IMG/VR virus record: IMGVR_UViG_3300046779_000479
Coordinates: 1 to 25,968 of that record
DNA: 25,968 nt
Reading direction: 5' to 3' (one strand)
DNA from: a virus
Taxonomy: Duplodnaviria; Caudoviricetes
The translations under genes were made by a program, and so were the position numbers. Shown here piece after piece: positions 11,001 through 17,029 of this stretch (position 1 is its first letter; every line of letters begins with the position of its first letter). Below the pieces are notes generated by a model. The model saw only the letters and a list, made by a program, of their open reading frames with translations, was not told the DNA's origin and made no database searches.

Positions 11001-11061
11001 CTGCTGATGCGTCACCAGTATTAATCTCAATATTAATAATGCCGTTTGCTACTTCAGCCAC
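4996..11061 (-). CDS. Tail tape measure protein (TP901-family core), 2021 aa, with internal repeats and an inserted domain
   Basis: GTG start overlaps the upstream TAG. Long Ala/Gln/Lys-rich helical protein with a TP901-like core (LAAQAAAAG...ATRLATLG...GVDAAEGANALKSGL), hydrophobic segments and a C-terminal coiled coil. It follows the tail assembly chaperones. Confidence 0.95.
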   Translation of the reverse strand: MAEVANGIINIEINTGDASAALKQLQQQINAFNVALSKQNKNQAIFAQDYANQLKLAVDKTGLFTAETIKLSTAAATLDKNLSKGKVSLGQFFSAKFNKDSAVAAEVMGLAAERAKAMQTQFIATAGASKGMQDALAIRPLAAFSSETAIASQRAEILSSMFKQGTTQLINFGKNVQWAGRQLMVGFTVPLTIFGNTAGKTFMELERQAVSFKKVYGDIFTTPAEVEKNLQAVTDLGKEYTKYGIAVKDTIGLAAQAAAAGRKNADLTDAVAQATRLATLGQMDQNAALETTISLQSAFRLSGKDLADTINFLNMVENQTVVSLQDIAAAIPRVAPVIQGLGGDVKDLTVFLAAMQEGGVDAAEGANALKSGLASLINPTKAAKEMLGGFGINLDSIIQANRGDLMGTVMAFSQALQNLDQFQRQQSLEQVFGKFQYAKLGALFDNISRQGSQAQQVIATMGYSTEQLGKTADKELKTIEESFGVQLTAAVERFKLAIAPIGEIFVKTAIPIVNFVTRILENFNQLSDGKKQFIAIATVITGVVIPAGTMLLGLLLNLTGTLAKIIQGFGAFSKGFITGGPIGAIKALTQSSKYFSLAELDAANAAQQLAGASQAVNLAFLEQATAASAATGAVNALTVVYEKLIAAQTAASGFASFTTPGASANIAKGAGKGKGKGIKRNKGGLVPGVGNTDTVPAMLTPGESVITKQATQKYGPLIDAMNSGKLPGFNGGVRDVNFSKMGQALSLFGFGESTRSSQTPSSSRARGGVSQLAIFALRSLRGQQSRSGGIRVRDRRSTRRIAESGVTTPYSGVRGSLTGPGLREYERVWGKDAREELISRTASNSGFIAGHLYGSGFNLRQLGLRGKRGSSPRSSASQLSQQGLYGEAELAKLEKMGQREIDILPNNLVVILEDFNKALERGTGSRANWSPISGRDLLTTSSHLGQLTMPDGSKLPTQLVRAVSRRAASKVNKAMSGADTMVGEDGFARLVAQAEKEAILEIFPRFGYNSGGTVAGSGNKDTVPAMLTPGEFVINKDAARKNKGVLQAINNGDVQAYGIGGIVAKAGAALKNKKVQNVAQAGITTAGMMSGDPLMMAASMIGPYLIGPAKKIGTQMLTKFGPAMLGTTGAFVALGFAAYKLNQQVNKAQDAGSDFTKAMYGTAKSAENMAEFFGNQTFAQQARIAAVEKASGTPISQEAQQAGTGFIQSDAGKQLIKDIGIVRSGGGNPIEALRNQLSAGIISGAIGVEEANAIAVEVGKAIGDQNIAVSVAGELNQLLGPDGKDILKNLSTITTEISPKINATKLASDAQAAYEKLNVGQKFVKLFTGGAEDFKKSYEINQVSTELATGYKNEANALELLNLAYQQGSISLEEFSKKRGEITTAGAGSQDAIAKSLGFQSYNDLVEASKGTKITGTAAGGGNTGRMVGMTSRTEQQQAAYDVIQAQSKNVKTMLEELPGSTDEFVKKTMEGLNKIGGSSFGKLLSGELSIADVSIVATWSGDLTPEELNAATENLQLMRTIPDIESKFNFNSSNAPEQMQDIIDKAKEIEDNPDIVKDFIANDKFTATFKQFGVNYNTFANLDDIEKSLIMKHIDMYTTYRASIVKDRVTDPGEVARDLRQLDATLGTQIKNIAGSGNKAQNVDLNALDGSSGGGGGSGKNKLAEMKKNLMDRFDLVSKRLDLEASKYEKVNRQLERQNELDRRGIEEISKKEDAVNKAYDARLEALDKIEQANDRIKQQEDSRINLAQALASGNIGAAAAAMNEIQAQNTANAIADTRAGLEEAHQNALKNISIEINGQLLTREEIEKRIESRELKMRANQDALYKIETERLANAEKLERVQAKMYLLEEKKAISYLKKNKSKLSKSEKSELASLISEAQSLADAYGFDMKFMYGGQVKKYASGGAVGGSGNTDRVRSLLTPGEFVVRKSVAQQNMPLLESLNNDIYPTLNAPRYSVPSSDFGTVSTGTSVSSTVYNDTYTINVNVAGTSTSADEIANVVMNKLSASNSGTIRSRRYGS
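5224..9024 (-). repeat. Three dispersed protein-level repeats in TMP (8866-9024, 7879-8040, 5224-5355)
   Basis: GGLVPGVGNTDTVPAMLTPGESVITK / GGTVAGSGNKDTVPAMLTPGEFVINK / GGAVGGSGNTDRVRSLLTPGEFVVRK, each followed by a short segment ending in L/I.A/S.N. Confidence 0.9.
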
Positions 11062-11728
11062 TATTTAACCACCTCATATTCTAATCCCATTCCAATACCA
11101 AAACCAGCTTTTTGAGCTGCTGCACCTTGCAGTGCAACGATATCGTTTGGGTTAGATGTCGCCCCTCCACTAAAGGCTCTAGCCTTTATCTCCTCCCACT
11201 TATTTTTAGTAGGACTTGACTCGTCAAGATTGACACCTTGTAGGGACGCTAAGAATTTCTTATCTTCATAATCTTTAGCACTCTTTTCTTCAAGTAGTGC
11301 TAAGAGTTCTGGCATTGATAAGTTATCCTCCAGTTCTTCGTAATTCTTCCAGATTCCTAAAAGAAATACTTTTGTTTCAATATCGGCTAACTCTAGTTCG
11401 TCCCAGCTAGAGCCGCCGCTAGTGCGTTTGGGTCATTCAACTTGATCCCTGCAGCAACTTCAATTACCTTATAAATTGTTGGTAAATCAATTACTTCTTC
11501 TAGTTTTTCTTTTTCTGCTAATTCATTATTATATTGTTTCATTGCAATTGCAGCACAGCTAAGCAATAAGTCCATAGACTTGATGTTATCTGATGCAATT
11601 TTTTCGTCAGAGATCTTTTGAAATTCCTTCATAAACTCTCTAAGTCTTGTAATGCTAAGTGGCTTCATTGAAATTGAAGTGCCATCTAGCAACTCTACTT
11701 CAACAACTTCATATACGGTAGTTGCCAT
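11061..11728 (-). CDS. Tail assembly chaperone, long form (gpGT-like), ~222 aa, made by -1 frameshift at 11426-11432
   Basis: The -1 frame is open from the slippery site (PKRTSGGSSWDELELADIETKVFLLGIWKNYEELEDNLSMPELL...) to the stop at 11061. The track ORF 11061..11315 is only the C-terminal part of this frame. Confidence 0.85.
11384..11432 (-). other. Programmed -1 ribosomal frameshift signal: C CCA AAC heptamer, 7-nt spacer, hairpin
   Basis: The minus strand reads GAC CCA AAC (X XXY YYZ in the correct phase), then GCACTAG, then CGGCGGCTCTAG-CTGGGACGAA-CTAGAGTT-A-GCCG. This forms a 12-bp stem with two G-U pairs and one bulge. Confidence 0.85.
11393..11728 (-). CDS. Tail assembly chaperone, short form (gpG-like), 111 aa
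   Basis: Lies between the major tail gene and TMP, has a strong SD (AGGAGGAATTAATG), and has a slippery heptamer near its 3' end. Confidence 0.88.
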   Translation of the reverse strand: MATTVYEVVEVELLDGTSISMKPLSITRLREFMKEFQKISDEKIASDNIKSMDLLLSCAAIAMKQYNNELAEKEKLEEVIDLPTIYKVIEVAAGIKLNDPNALAAALAGTN

Positions 11729-11754
11729 TAATTCCTCCTATAGAATATAACATA

Positions 11755-11763
11755 ATTATATCA
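11755..11763 (-). promoter_or_regulatory. Extended -10 promoter element (TGATATAAT) for the chaperone-TMP-tail tip genes
   Basis: Perfect TGnTATAAT between the major tail terminator and the chaperone RBS. Confidence 0.7.
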
Positions 11764-11776
11764 CAAAAGCCTGTAT

Positions 11777-11810
11777 AAAAAGACAATGCCCACCCCTTTC
11801 AGAGTGGGCA
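11777..11810 (-). terminator. Rho-independent terminator after the major tail gene
   Basis: TGCCCACTCT-GAAA-GGGGTGGGCA stem with a GNRA loop, followed by TTGTCTTTTT. Confidence 0.85.
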
Positions 11811-11833
11811 AAGCCTATTATTAAGTTATAATA

Positions 11834-12514
11834 TTAACCCTTTACACGGTCAATAATCTTTCCATACACACCATTGGATGCTGGAAGCATACGGAACGAA
11901 ACTTCGTACATAGAAGGCTCGTTACGCTTTGCAGACACTGTTACGTTGTCAATAGAAAGTGCTCTATTAGCAATGTATACACGTTCTGTCTGAAGAGCAC
12001 CAGTAGCAGAAGGATCACCAGAACCTGGACCAACAGCAATAATAGCACGTTCCAAAGGAACTTCGCCAAGATCACCTGCAGTCATAAGCAATGTTTCACC
12101 AACGGTTGCACTAGAAGCTGAACCGCTAAGATTGTCCGACTTTGTAGCAATAGCAACAACAAGGTTTTCAAGTGTGGCTTCAGCAAAAGCTGTAACCATG
12201 TTTACCTGCATACCTTGCTTGTAAAGCTTTGCAACGTCAAGAAGCTGGTCAACCTGCACTTCACCGAAGTCTGGCTGGAATTGTACTTCAAGACCATTCA
12301 TTGTGTAGCCAACGTTTCTCCAGTATGCAGCAGCATCAACTGTATCAGCATATAGAGTACCAGACACTAGATCTGGAGCACCTACTGAACCTGCACCACC
12401 TGTTGTATTAAACAAGTAGTCTGAATCTTCTTCGCTCCATTCTAGAGCATAATCAGCCACGAATAGCTGAGCAGCACCAATGATAATTTGATTTGAATTT
12501 CCACGAGTAGCCAT
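11834..12514 (-). CDS. Major tail (tube) protein, 226 aa
   Basis: The pattern N.IIIGAAQLFV...W.NVGYT..GLEV.F.PDF.EV.VDQ..D is typical of siphophage tube proteins. It has a GAGGTG SD, its own promoter and terminator, and precedes the chaperones and TMP. Confidence 0.9.
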   Translation of the reverse strand: MATRGNSNQIIIGAAQLFVADYALEWSEEDSDYLFNTTGGAGSVGAPDLVSGTLYADTVDAAAYWRNVGYTMNGLEVQFQPDFGEVQVDQLLDVAKLYKQGMQVNMVTAFAEATLENLVVAIATKSDNLSGSASSATVGETLLMTAGDLGEVPLERAIIAVGPGSGDPSATGALQTERVYIANRALSIDNVTVSAKRNEPSMYEVSFRMLPASNGVYGKIIDRVKG

Positions 12515-12569
12515 AGATTTTTACACCTCTCTCTTGGTCATAAACTTATGGATGGCGTTTCCTAAGACA

Positions 12570-12578
12570 ATTATACCC
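12570..12578 (-). promoter_or_regulatory. -10 promoter element (GGGTATAAT) upstream of the major tail gene
   Basis: TATAAT in the intergenic gap, followed by TG as in several sibling elements. It has GG instead of TG at the extended position. Confidence 0.6.
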
Positions 12579-12585
12579 TGTTTTT

Positions 12586-13170
12586 TTATGATTCATTGTA
12601 TTGTTTAGAATGATAGTCATATTTAACAATTAGGTCTCTAGTTGGGTTATATTCCATGAAGTTTTCTACATCTTGCTGGGACTCTGTATAGCCAGACTGG
12701 TATACGTTTATACAGTGAAAATAGTACCTATTTAAAGGATTATAGTTTGGACTATTATAATTATCAAGAGTGGATGTAAACTGATTAATATCTTGTGCTG
12801 CTGCATCTTCTCTATCTAGGATATTCTGAATAGAGCTTGTTAAATCTATTGTTGCTGAATATCTATCTTGTTCCCTTTTATTAATGTCATATACCAGACC
12901 GCCATGGATTGTGTATCTCATCTGATCTGTTCTAATTGGATAAAATGATTTATATCCAGATCTTATTCTTGAGAACTTGTCAAATATGATATATGGTAAA
13001 TCATTCTCTGTAACAATTGATGGAAGATTATTTGCTGGAGCAGGGAAGAATGGAATGATTGACTGTCCTCCAGACACCTGTGCATAAGAGTTATATATTT
13101 CTGGATTAGTTACTTTTAACTGCTCCCAAACATAAAGATTTACAATGTTTTCTGGTCTATAAGTTACCAT
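12586..13170 (-). CDS. Putative tail terminator / tail completion protein, 194 aa
   Basis: Start corrected to the ATG at 13170 (TAATG overlap, GAGGAAG SD). It lies immediately before the major tail gene and has a LPYIIFD segment like the P(Y/F)I motif of gpU/gp17-type proteins. Confidence 0.65.
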   Translation of the reverse strand: MVTYRPENIVNLYVWEQLKVTNPEIYNSYAQVSGGQSIIPFFPAPANNLPSIVTENDLPYIIFDKFSRIRSGYKSFYPIRTDQMRYTIHGGLVYDINKREQDRYSATIDLTSSIQNILDREDAAAQDINQFTSTLDNYNSPNYNPLNRYYFHCINVYQSGYTESQQDVENFMEYNPTRDLIVKYDYHSKQYNES

Positions 13171-13850
13171 TATCTTCCTCCTGGGGAATTCATAATCCAT
13201 GACATAGCAGCAAGTCTGCCTTTAGAAGCTGCTGAGCCTTTTGCTGCTGAAGAAAAATACTTTTCATACTGATTATGATCTGAAAAATATTTATAAAACT
13301 TAATAGAATTTAGGTAAAAGTCAATGAAGTATTGTCCGTAGAACTCATTAAATGCTTGAACGAAAGAGCCTCTAGTTGCTGCTCCTCCAGGATTCATTAT
13401 TGTTATTGGACCAACTCTAAAAAATTCTTCTCCATCAATTTCAAAGAACAATGCCTTTGCATCAACTTCTTTAATTGTTACTGGAATTCCTTCCTCCATA
13501 ACTGTTGCCTTATCGTAGAATGGCTCACTTGCATTATCTGCTGGTATTTCTGACTCTAAGAATTGTGCATCAATTACTGCAGAGGTTCCATTTACTGACA
13601 ATGTTAGTTCAAATAATCTTGCCTGTGGATCACCAACTTGACCCCATTCATAAACATGGTGCAACATCCCTGGATGTGACCTTGCAAGGCTGTCAAGGTA
13701 CTCATAGAACACGTCAATTGATAGTGAGCCAACTTTCTCATTGAGAAGTTTTTTATTTCTATTTAATTCAGCAAGATAGGCAGAAGAGTAGTCAATAGTA
13801 TTCTTTAGCGTACTCATTAAATCATCTGCCTTAATTCTTGTTCTAATCAT
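13170..13850 (-). CDS. Putative neck / tail completion protein, 226 aa
   Basis: Start corrected to the ATG at 13850 (TAATG overlap). It sits between the head-closure and tail-terminator genes, so function is by gene order only. Confidence 0.55.
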   Translation of the reverse strand: MIRTRIKADDLMSTLKNTIDYSSAYLAELNRNKKLLNEKVGSLSIDVFYEYLDSLARSHPGMLHHVYEWGQVGDPQARLFELTLSVNGTSAVIDAQFLESEIPADNASEPFYDKATVMEEGIPVTIKEVDAKALFFEIDGEEFFRVGPITIMNPGGAATRGSFVQAFNEFYGQYFIDFYLNSIKFYKYFSDHNQYEKYFSSAAKGSAASKGRLAAMSWIMNSPGGR

Positions 13851-14323
13851 TATGAATTCTCCCAATTTTGGGCTGCAGATCTAGTTGCATAAATTCTGTA
13901 CATTCCAATTTTATGGAACATGTCAAAGCTTGGAACTACTGTCTTTATTTCATACTTTGTTTTAGTTGTTCCTGCACTTGTTTTTAAATTTTGAGTATTT
14001 ATCCAAGTAGGATCGCCATTTGAATCTTTAATATTTGTAATTGCAATTGCAGTCAGTGGGTAGTACTTTCCATTTGAATGTTTTCTAATATCTTCATTTG
14101 TTCTAATATTAACAGATGAATCATATTCAATAAGTCTATCCTTTACAGACAGTTCTCCACCAATTGTTTTATCGGACATTACTGTTATTGCTGAGCAATC
14201 TATTGTTCTATCAAAAATCCATTTACGAGACATATTTCCATAGTCATTTTGAGATTCTTCAGCATAATAAATATCTGCTGTCATTGGGTATAGTATGCTA
14301 TCAAGCTTTGAATTGAATAACAT
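13850..14323 (-). CDS. Putative head closure (stopper) protein, 157 aa
   Basis: The TADIY...QNDYGNM...W pattern and a C-terminal KYEI..V.P segment resemble SPP1 gp16-type stoppers. It follows the adaptor gene. Confidence 0.65.
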   Translation of the reverse strand: MLFNSKLDSILYPMTADIYYAEESQNDYGNMSRKWIFDRTIDCSAITVMSDKTIGGELSVKDRLIEYDSSVNIRTNEDIRKHSNGKYYPLTAIAITNIKDSNGDPTWINTQNLKTSAGTTKTKYEIKTVVPSFDMFHKIGMYRIYATRSAAQNWENS

Positions 14324-15198
14324 TATAATACCCCGATTTTTATCTCATTCTTATACTTTGTAAGAATTCTATCTACAGAAAGATTTCCTGTTCCCGAAAT
14401 ATAATTTTTTGAAAACTTAATCTTAAAGTCTTGATTGTCAAATGACTCAATGTAGCTATTGGTGTATTTCAATGTATCACCAGCAAGATCTACAGCCAAC
14501 ATTTGAACAGCCTCTTGAATATCTTGTGGAATTACTTTGTATCCAAATTCTGCTTCAACAATATAGTCATATCCATCAGCAAATGCTCTTCCAAGATATC
14601 TATCTCTCCACACTCTTGGGTACTCTGTATTATTCTGTGGAACTTCATCTTGTAGTGGAACAATAGATGTTCTATCCTTAGAAATTTCAAAAATGTAATC
14701 ATTTGTTGCAGAGTCTACATCATAGACCAATTCTTTATTTTCGTATACCTTATATAGTTTATGAATCTTTTCATCCATAACTAGGTAGTCTGATCCATTT
14801 CCAATGAATTCCTTTTGCTTTTTAGCAAACTTAAATGGTCTAGGAATTTCAGAATCTATTGTGTATCTAGCAAGTCTTTCTAATTCTTTCGCTTGTGCAT
14901 AAGTTTTATTTAAATCTGTAGCTAATTGTGTAATATCACAATATGGTCTTACAACATCAATATTTGTCGTTGCAACAATTTCGTCAGAATCATCATATAC
15001 AGAAGCTTCTAGGTCAGCATCATAATTTGCAAACTTTGCATTCAATGTAAAAGTAGCAACATTGTCAATTGCTACTGCAGAAGCCGAAAACTCTTCTCCT
15101 GTGAATAAATCTGAATAATTAAGGGTATATTCCGCACTGGACGTTAGTCCTGAAAAAGATACCGTAGGTATAGAACCGTTTACTCTTAAAGATTCCAT
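14323..15198 (-). CDS. Head-tail adaptor (connector) protein with an N-terminal beta-rich extension, 291 aa
   Basis: C-terminal FGYKVIPQDIQEAVQML and VDRILTKY motifs are characteristic of gp6/gp15-type adaptors. It lies downstream of the capsid gene. Confidence 0.8.
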   Translation of the reverse strand: MESLRVNGSIPTVSFSGLTSSAEYTLNYSDLFTGEEFSASAVAIDNVATFTLNAKFANYDADLEASVYDDSDEIVATTNIDVVRPYCDITQLATDLNKTYAQAKELERLARYTIDSEIPRPFKFAKKQKEFIGNGSDYLVMDEKIHKLYKVYENKELVYDVDSATNDYIFEISKDRTSIVPLQDEVPQNNTEYPRVWRDRYLGRAFADGYDYIVEAEFGYKVIPQDIQEAVQMLAVDLAGDTLKYTNSYIESFDNQDFKIKFSKNYISGTGNLSVDRILTKYKNEIKIGVL

Positions 15199-15383
15199 TA
15201 CTTAACGCCGTAAACTACGGCTACCTCCTCTGGAGATGCAATTCTAATTTTTGGAAATTTGCTAATCCAAATGTCTGCATCTTTCTTCTCTAATATGTTG
15301 TAGCCATTTTCTAATCTTCCAAGTTCTTTATCAAATAAACTTGCATTTTCAACAAAGACTGCAACTAATTCTTTTTTAGACAT
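15198..15383 (-). CDS. Small hypothetical protein, 61 aa (possibly virion-associated)
   Basis: ATG at 15383 with an AGAGGA SD. Its stop overlaps the next start (TAATG). The track's TTG start at 15398 falls in the promoter element. Confidence 0.75.
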   Translation of the reverse strand: MSKKELVAVFVENASLFDKELGRLENGYNILEKKDADIWISKFPKIRIASPEEVAVVYGVK

Positions 15384-15397
15384 AATTCCTCTAGTCA

Positions 15398-15406
15398 ATT
15401 ATATCA
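15398..15406 (-). promoter_or_regulatory. Extended -10 promoter element (TGATATAAT) for the head-tail joining genes
   Basis: TGATATAATTGACTAGAGG, a 17/19 match to TGATAAAATAGACTAGAGG at 23408-23426. Confidence 0.75.
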
Positions 15407-15411
15407 CTTAT

Positions 15412-15447
15412 AAAAAGTAGAGGGGAGACAAATTAATGCCTCCCCTC
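15412..15447 (-). terminator. Rho-independent terminator after the major capsid gene
   Basis: GAGGGGAGGCA-TTAATT-TGTCTCCCCTC 11-bp stem followed by TACTTTTT. Confidence 0.88.
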
Positions 15448-15467
15448 AAGATTTGCTAAAATAGCAA

Positions 15468-16463
15468 TTACTGTTGCATGAATGCTACAGCATCAGTTTC
15501 TTCGATCTGTACACCAAAGCGTAGGAATACTGTGTATTCTACAGTGTCCTTCTTTGGCTTGAACTCACGATGAACCGTTACGTCTCTCTGGAAGCCCCAG
15601 ATACGGTTTTCTGGGAATGTAAGTGATACATAACCAGATGGCATCAAAGGAACTTCAACCAATGGAAGACCAAGAACACGGTATTGAATTGGAGCACCAA
15701 TTGTTTGTGGTGCAGCACCGTCAATAACACGCTCTACGATTCTTTCTGAATTCAGGTTGCCAGTTGATCCAAGACCGTTGATGATTGAAGCAACGGTTTC
15801 TGTGTCTGCGTAGAACTTCATAGCAGCACGAGAAGCACGATACTTACGAGGCATTGCAAGAACAAGTCCCTGCAGATCTTCGATTGTTGTACCGTATGTT
15901 GCACTGTGACCATCAGCTTCCTTAGCAACGAAGCCCTCAAGAATATTGAGGAATGCGTTGGTTCCAGCTCCTGTACCGTTGATAGCGAGATCTTCAAGAT
16001 CGTTTGCAAATGCACGAGTCATTGTGCGAACTAAGTGATCTTCAAGAGCACCACCTTCGATATTGTCTTCAAGGGCTTCAGTTGATACTTCCCAGTCAAG
16101 ACGAATCTTTTTGGTTGTAACTTCTACCTTTGTGAAAGCAACGTCAGCGTTTGTGTAAGTTGCATCTGCTTGTGCAGCAGCACGAATAACACGTTCTCCA
16201 ACGTTCATCTTTTCTAGTTCTGCAGTGTTAGCTCTCATTGTAACTCTACGCCCATCACGAGCTAGTACCTGCTGTTCAAAGATATACTCAATGAACTGGC
16301 GTGACTGTTCAGGCTGCAAGATACCGCCGTCAGACACTAGATCACCAACAGGGTTGGTGTTATCAAGGATTCCAGCTGCAGGTGTTGATACATCTCCAAT
16401 GCCACCAGACACGATGGAACCAGCAGCAGCAGCCTTTTCTAGAATTTCATTATTTTCTGTCAT
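15468..16463 (-). CDS. Major capsid protein (HK97 fold), 331 aa
   Basis: GGIL.PEQ..QFI, VS.EALEDNIEG..LE and DLEDLAINGTG motifs, and a LGLPLVEVP.MP segment. Very strong SD (AGGAGGTGA). It follows the protease and is followed by a terminator. Confidence 0.95.
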   Translation of the reverse strand: MTENNEILEKAAAAGSIVSGGIGDVSTPAAGILDNTNPVGDLVSDGGILQPEQSRQFIEYIFEQQVLARDGRRVTMRANTAELEKMNVGERVIRAAAQADATYTNADVAFTKVEVTTKKIRLDWEVSTEALEDNIEGGALEDHLVRTMTRAFANDLEDLAINGTGAGTNAFLNILEGFVAKEADGHSATYGTTIEDLQGLVLAMPRKYRASRAAMKFYADTETVASIINGLGSTGNLNSERIVERVIDGAAPQTIGAPIQYRVLGLPLVEVPLMPSGYVSLTFPENRIWGFQRDVTVHREFKPKKDTVEYTVFLRFGVQIEETDAVAFMQQ

Positions 16464-16486
16464 TTTTATTTCACCTCCTGTTTTCC

Positions 16487-17029
16487 TTAGTGATATAGGT
16501 CAGCGGAATTGAGGAAACGTCCACCCCACATCGACCCTTTTCTTATTGTTTTTTCCTGAACGACACCGCCAAGGTCGCCAGACTTGCGGACAGCGGTTTC
16601 GTCTTCTAGACCATCTACACGCTTTCCAAACTCGTCAAGATTACCCTTTACTTCAGCAATTTCCTCTGTTGCTGATGTTACACCCTTTTTAAGGTCTGCA
16701 ATCTCGTCATTTAGTGATTTAATTGTTGAAACTAGTTCACTCACTGCCTCTGTTACTGAAACCTTGATTTCGTCAACAGCCTTTGAAAGCTCAGAATCGG
16801 TTGATTCAATAGCAACAGACTTTTCAACTTCGACTTCATCAGAAGCTTCTTCAGCAGGAGCTTCTTCAGGATCTGCAGACTTCTCTACTGTTTCTTCAAC
16901 AGCGTCAACTGCGTCAACTGACTTTTCTACGGTTTCTTCGGCAGGAGCTTCAACTTCTGCTACTTCTTCAACTGGTGCTTCTGTAGCAGGAGCTTCTTCA
17001 ACAACGTCAGTTGTATTTTCTTCTGACAT
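16487..17029 (-). CDS. Nested in-frame scaffolding protein (internal start), 180 aa
   Basis: The internal ATG at 17029 is preceded by CAGGAGGAGAATAAC and falls exactly where the acidic scaffold-like region begins (MSEENTTDVVEEAPATEA...). Confidence 0.7.
   Translation of the reverse strand: MSEENTTDVVEEAPATEAPVEEVAEVEAPAEETVEKSVDAVDAVEETVEKSADPEEAPAEEASDEVEVEKSVAIESTDSELSKAVDEIKVSVTEAVSELVSTIKSLNDEIADLKKGVTSATEEIAEVKGNLDEFGKRVDGLEDETAVRKSGDLGGVVQEKTIRKGSMWGGRFLNSADLYH

Noticed and set aside
11061-11315. 84-aa ORF as an independent gene
   Set aside because: Its frame is open 39 codons further upstream, back to a canonical slippery site, so it is better explained as the C-terminal part of the frameshifted chaperone. 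A GGAGG 10 nt upstream of the ATG means independent initiation is not fully excluded.
12515-12569. Possible structured RNA or riboswitch in the major tail gene leader
   Set aside because: Only a weak 4-5-bp hairpin (CATAAGTTTATG) is visible, and no known RNA family motif was recognised.
16870-16945. Short direct repeats (GCGTCAACT x2; two GACTTyTCTACnGTTTCTTC copies) as a CRISPR-like or regulatory array
   Set aside because: They are in-frame coding duplications (VDAVDA, EETVEKS) with no repeat-spacer architecture.
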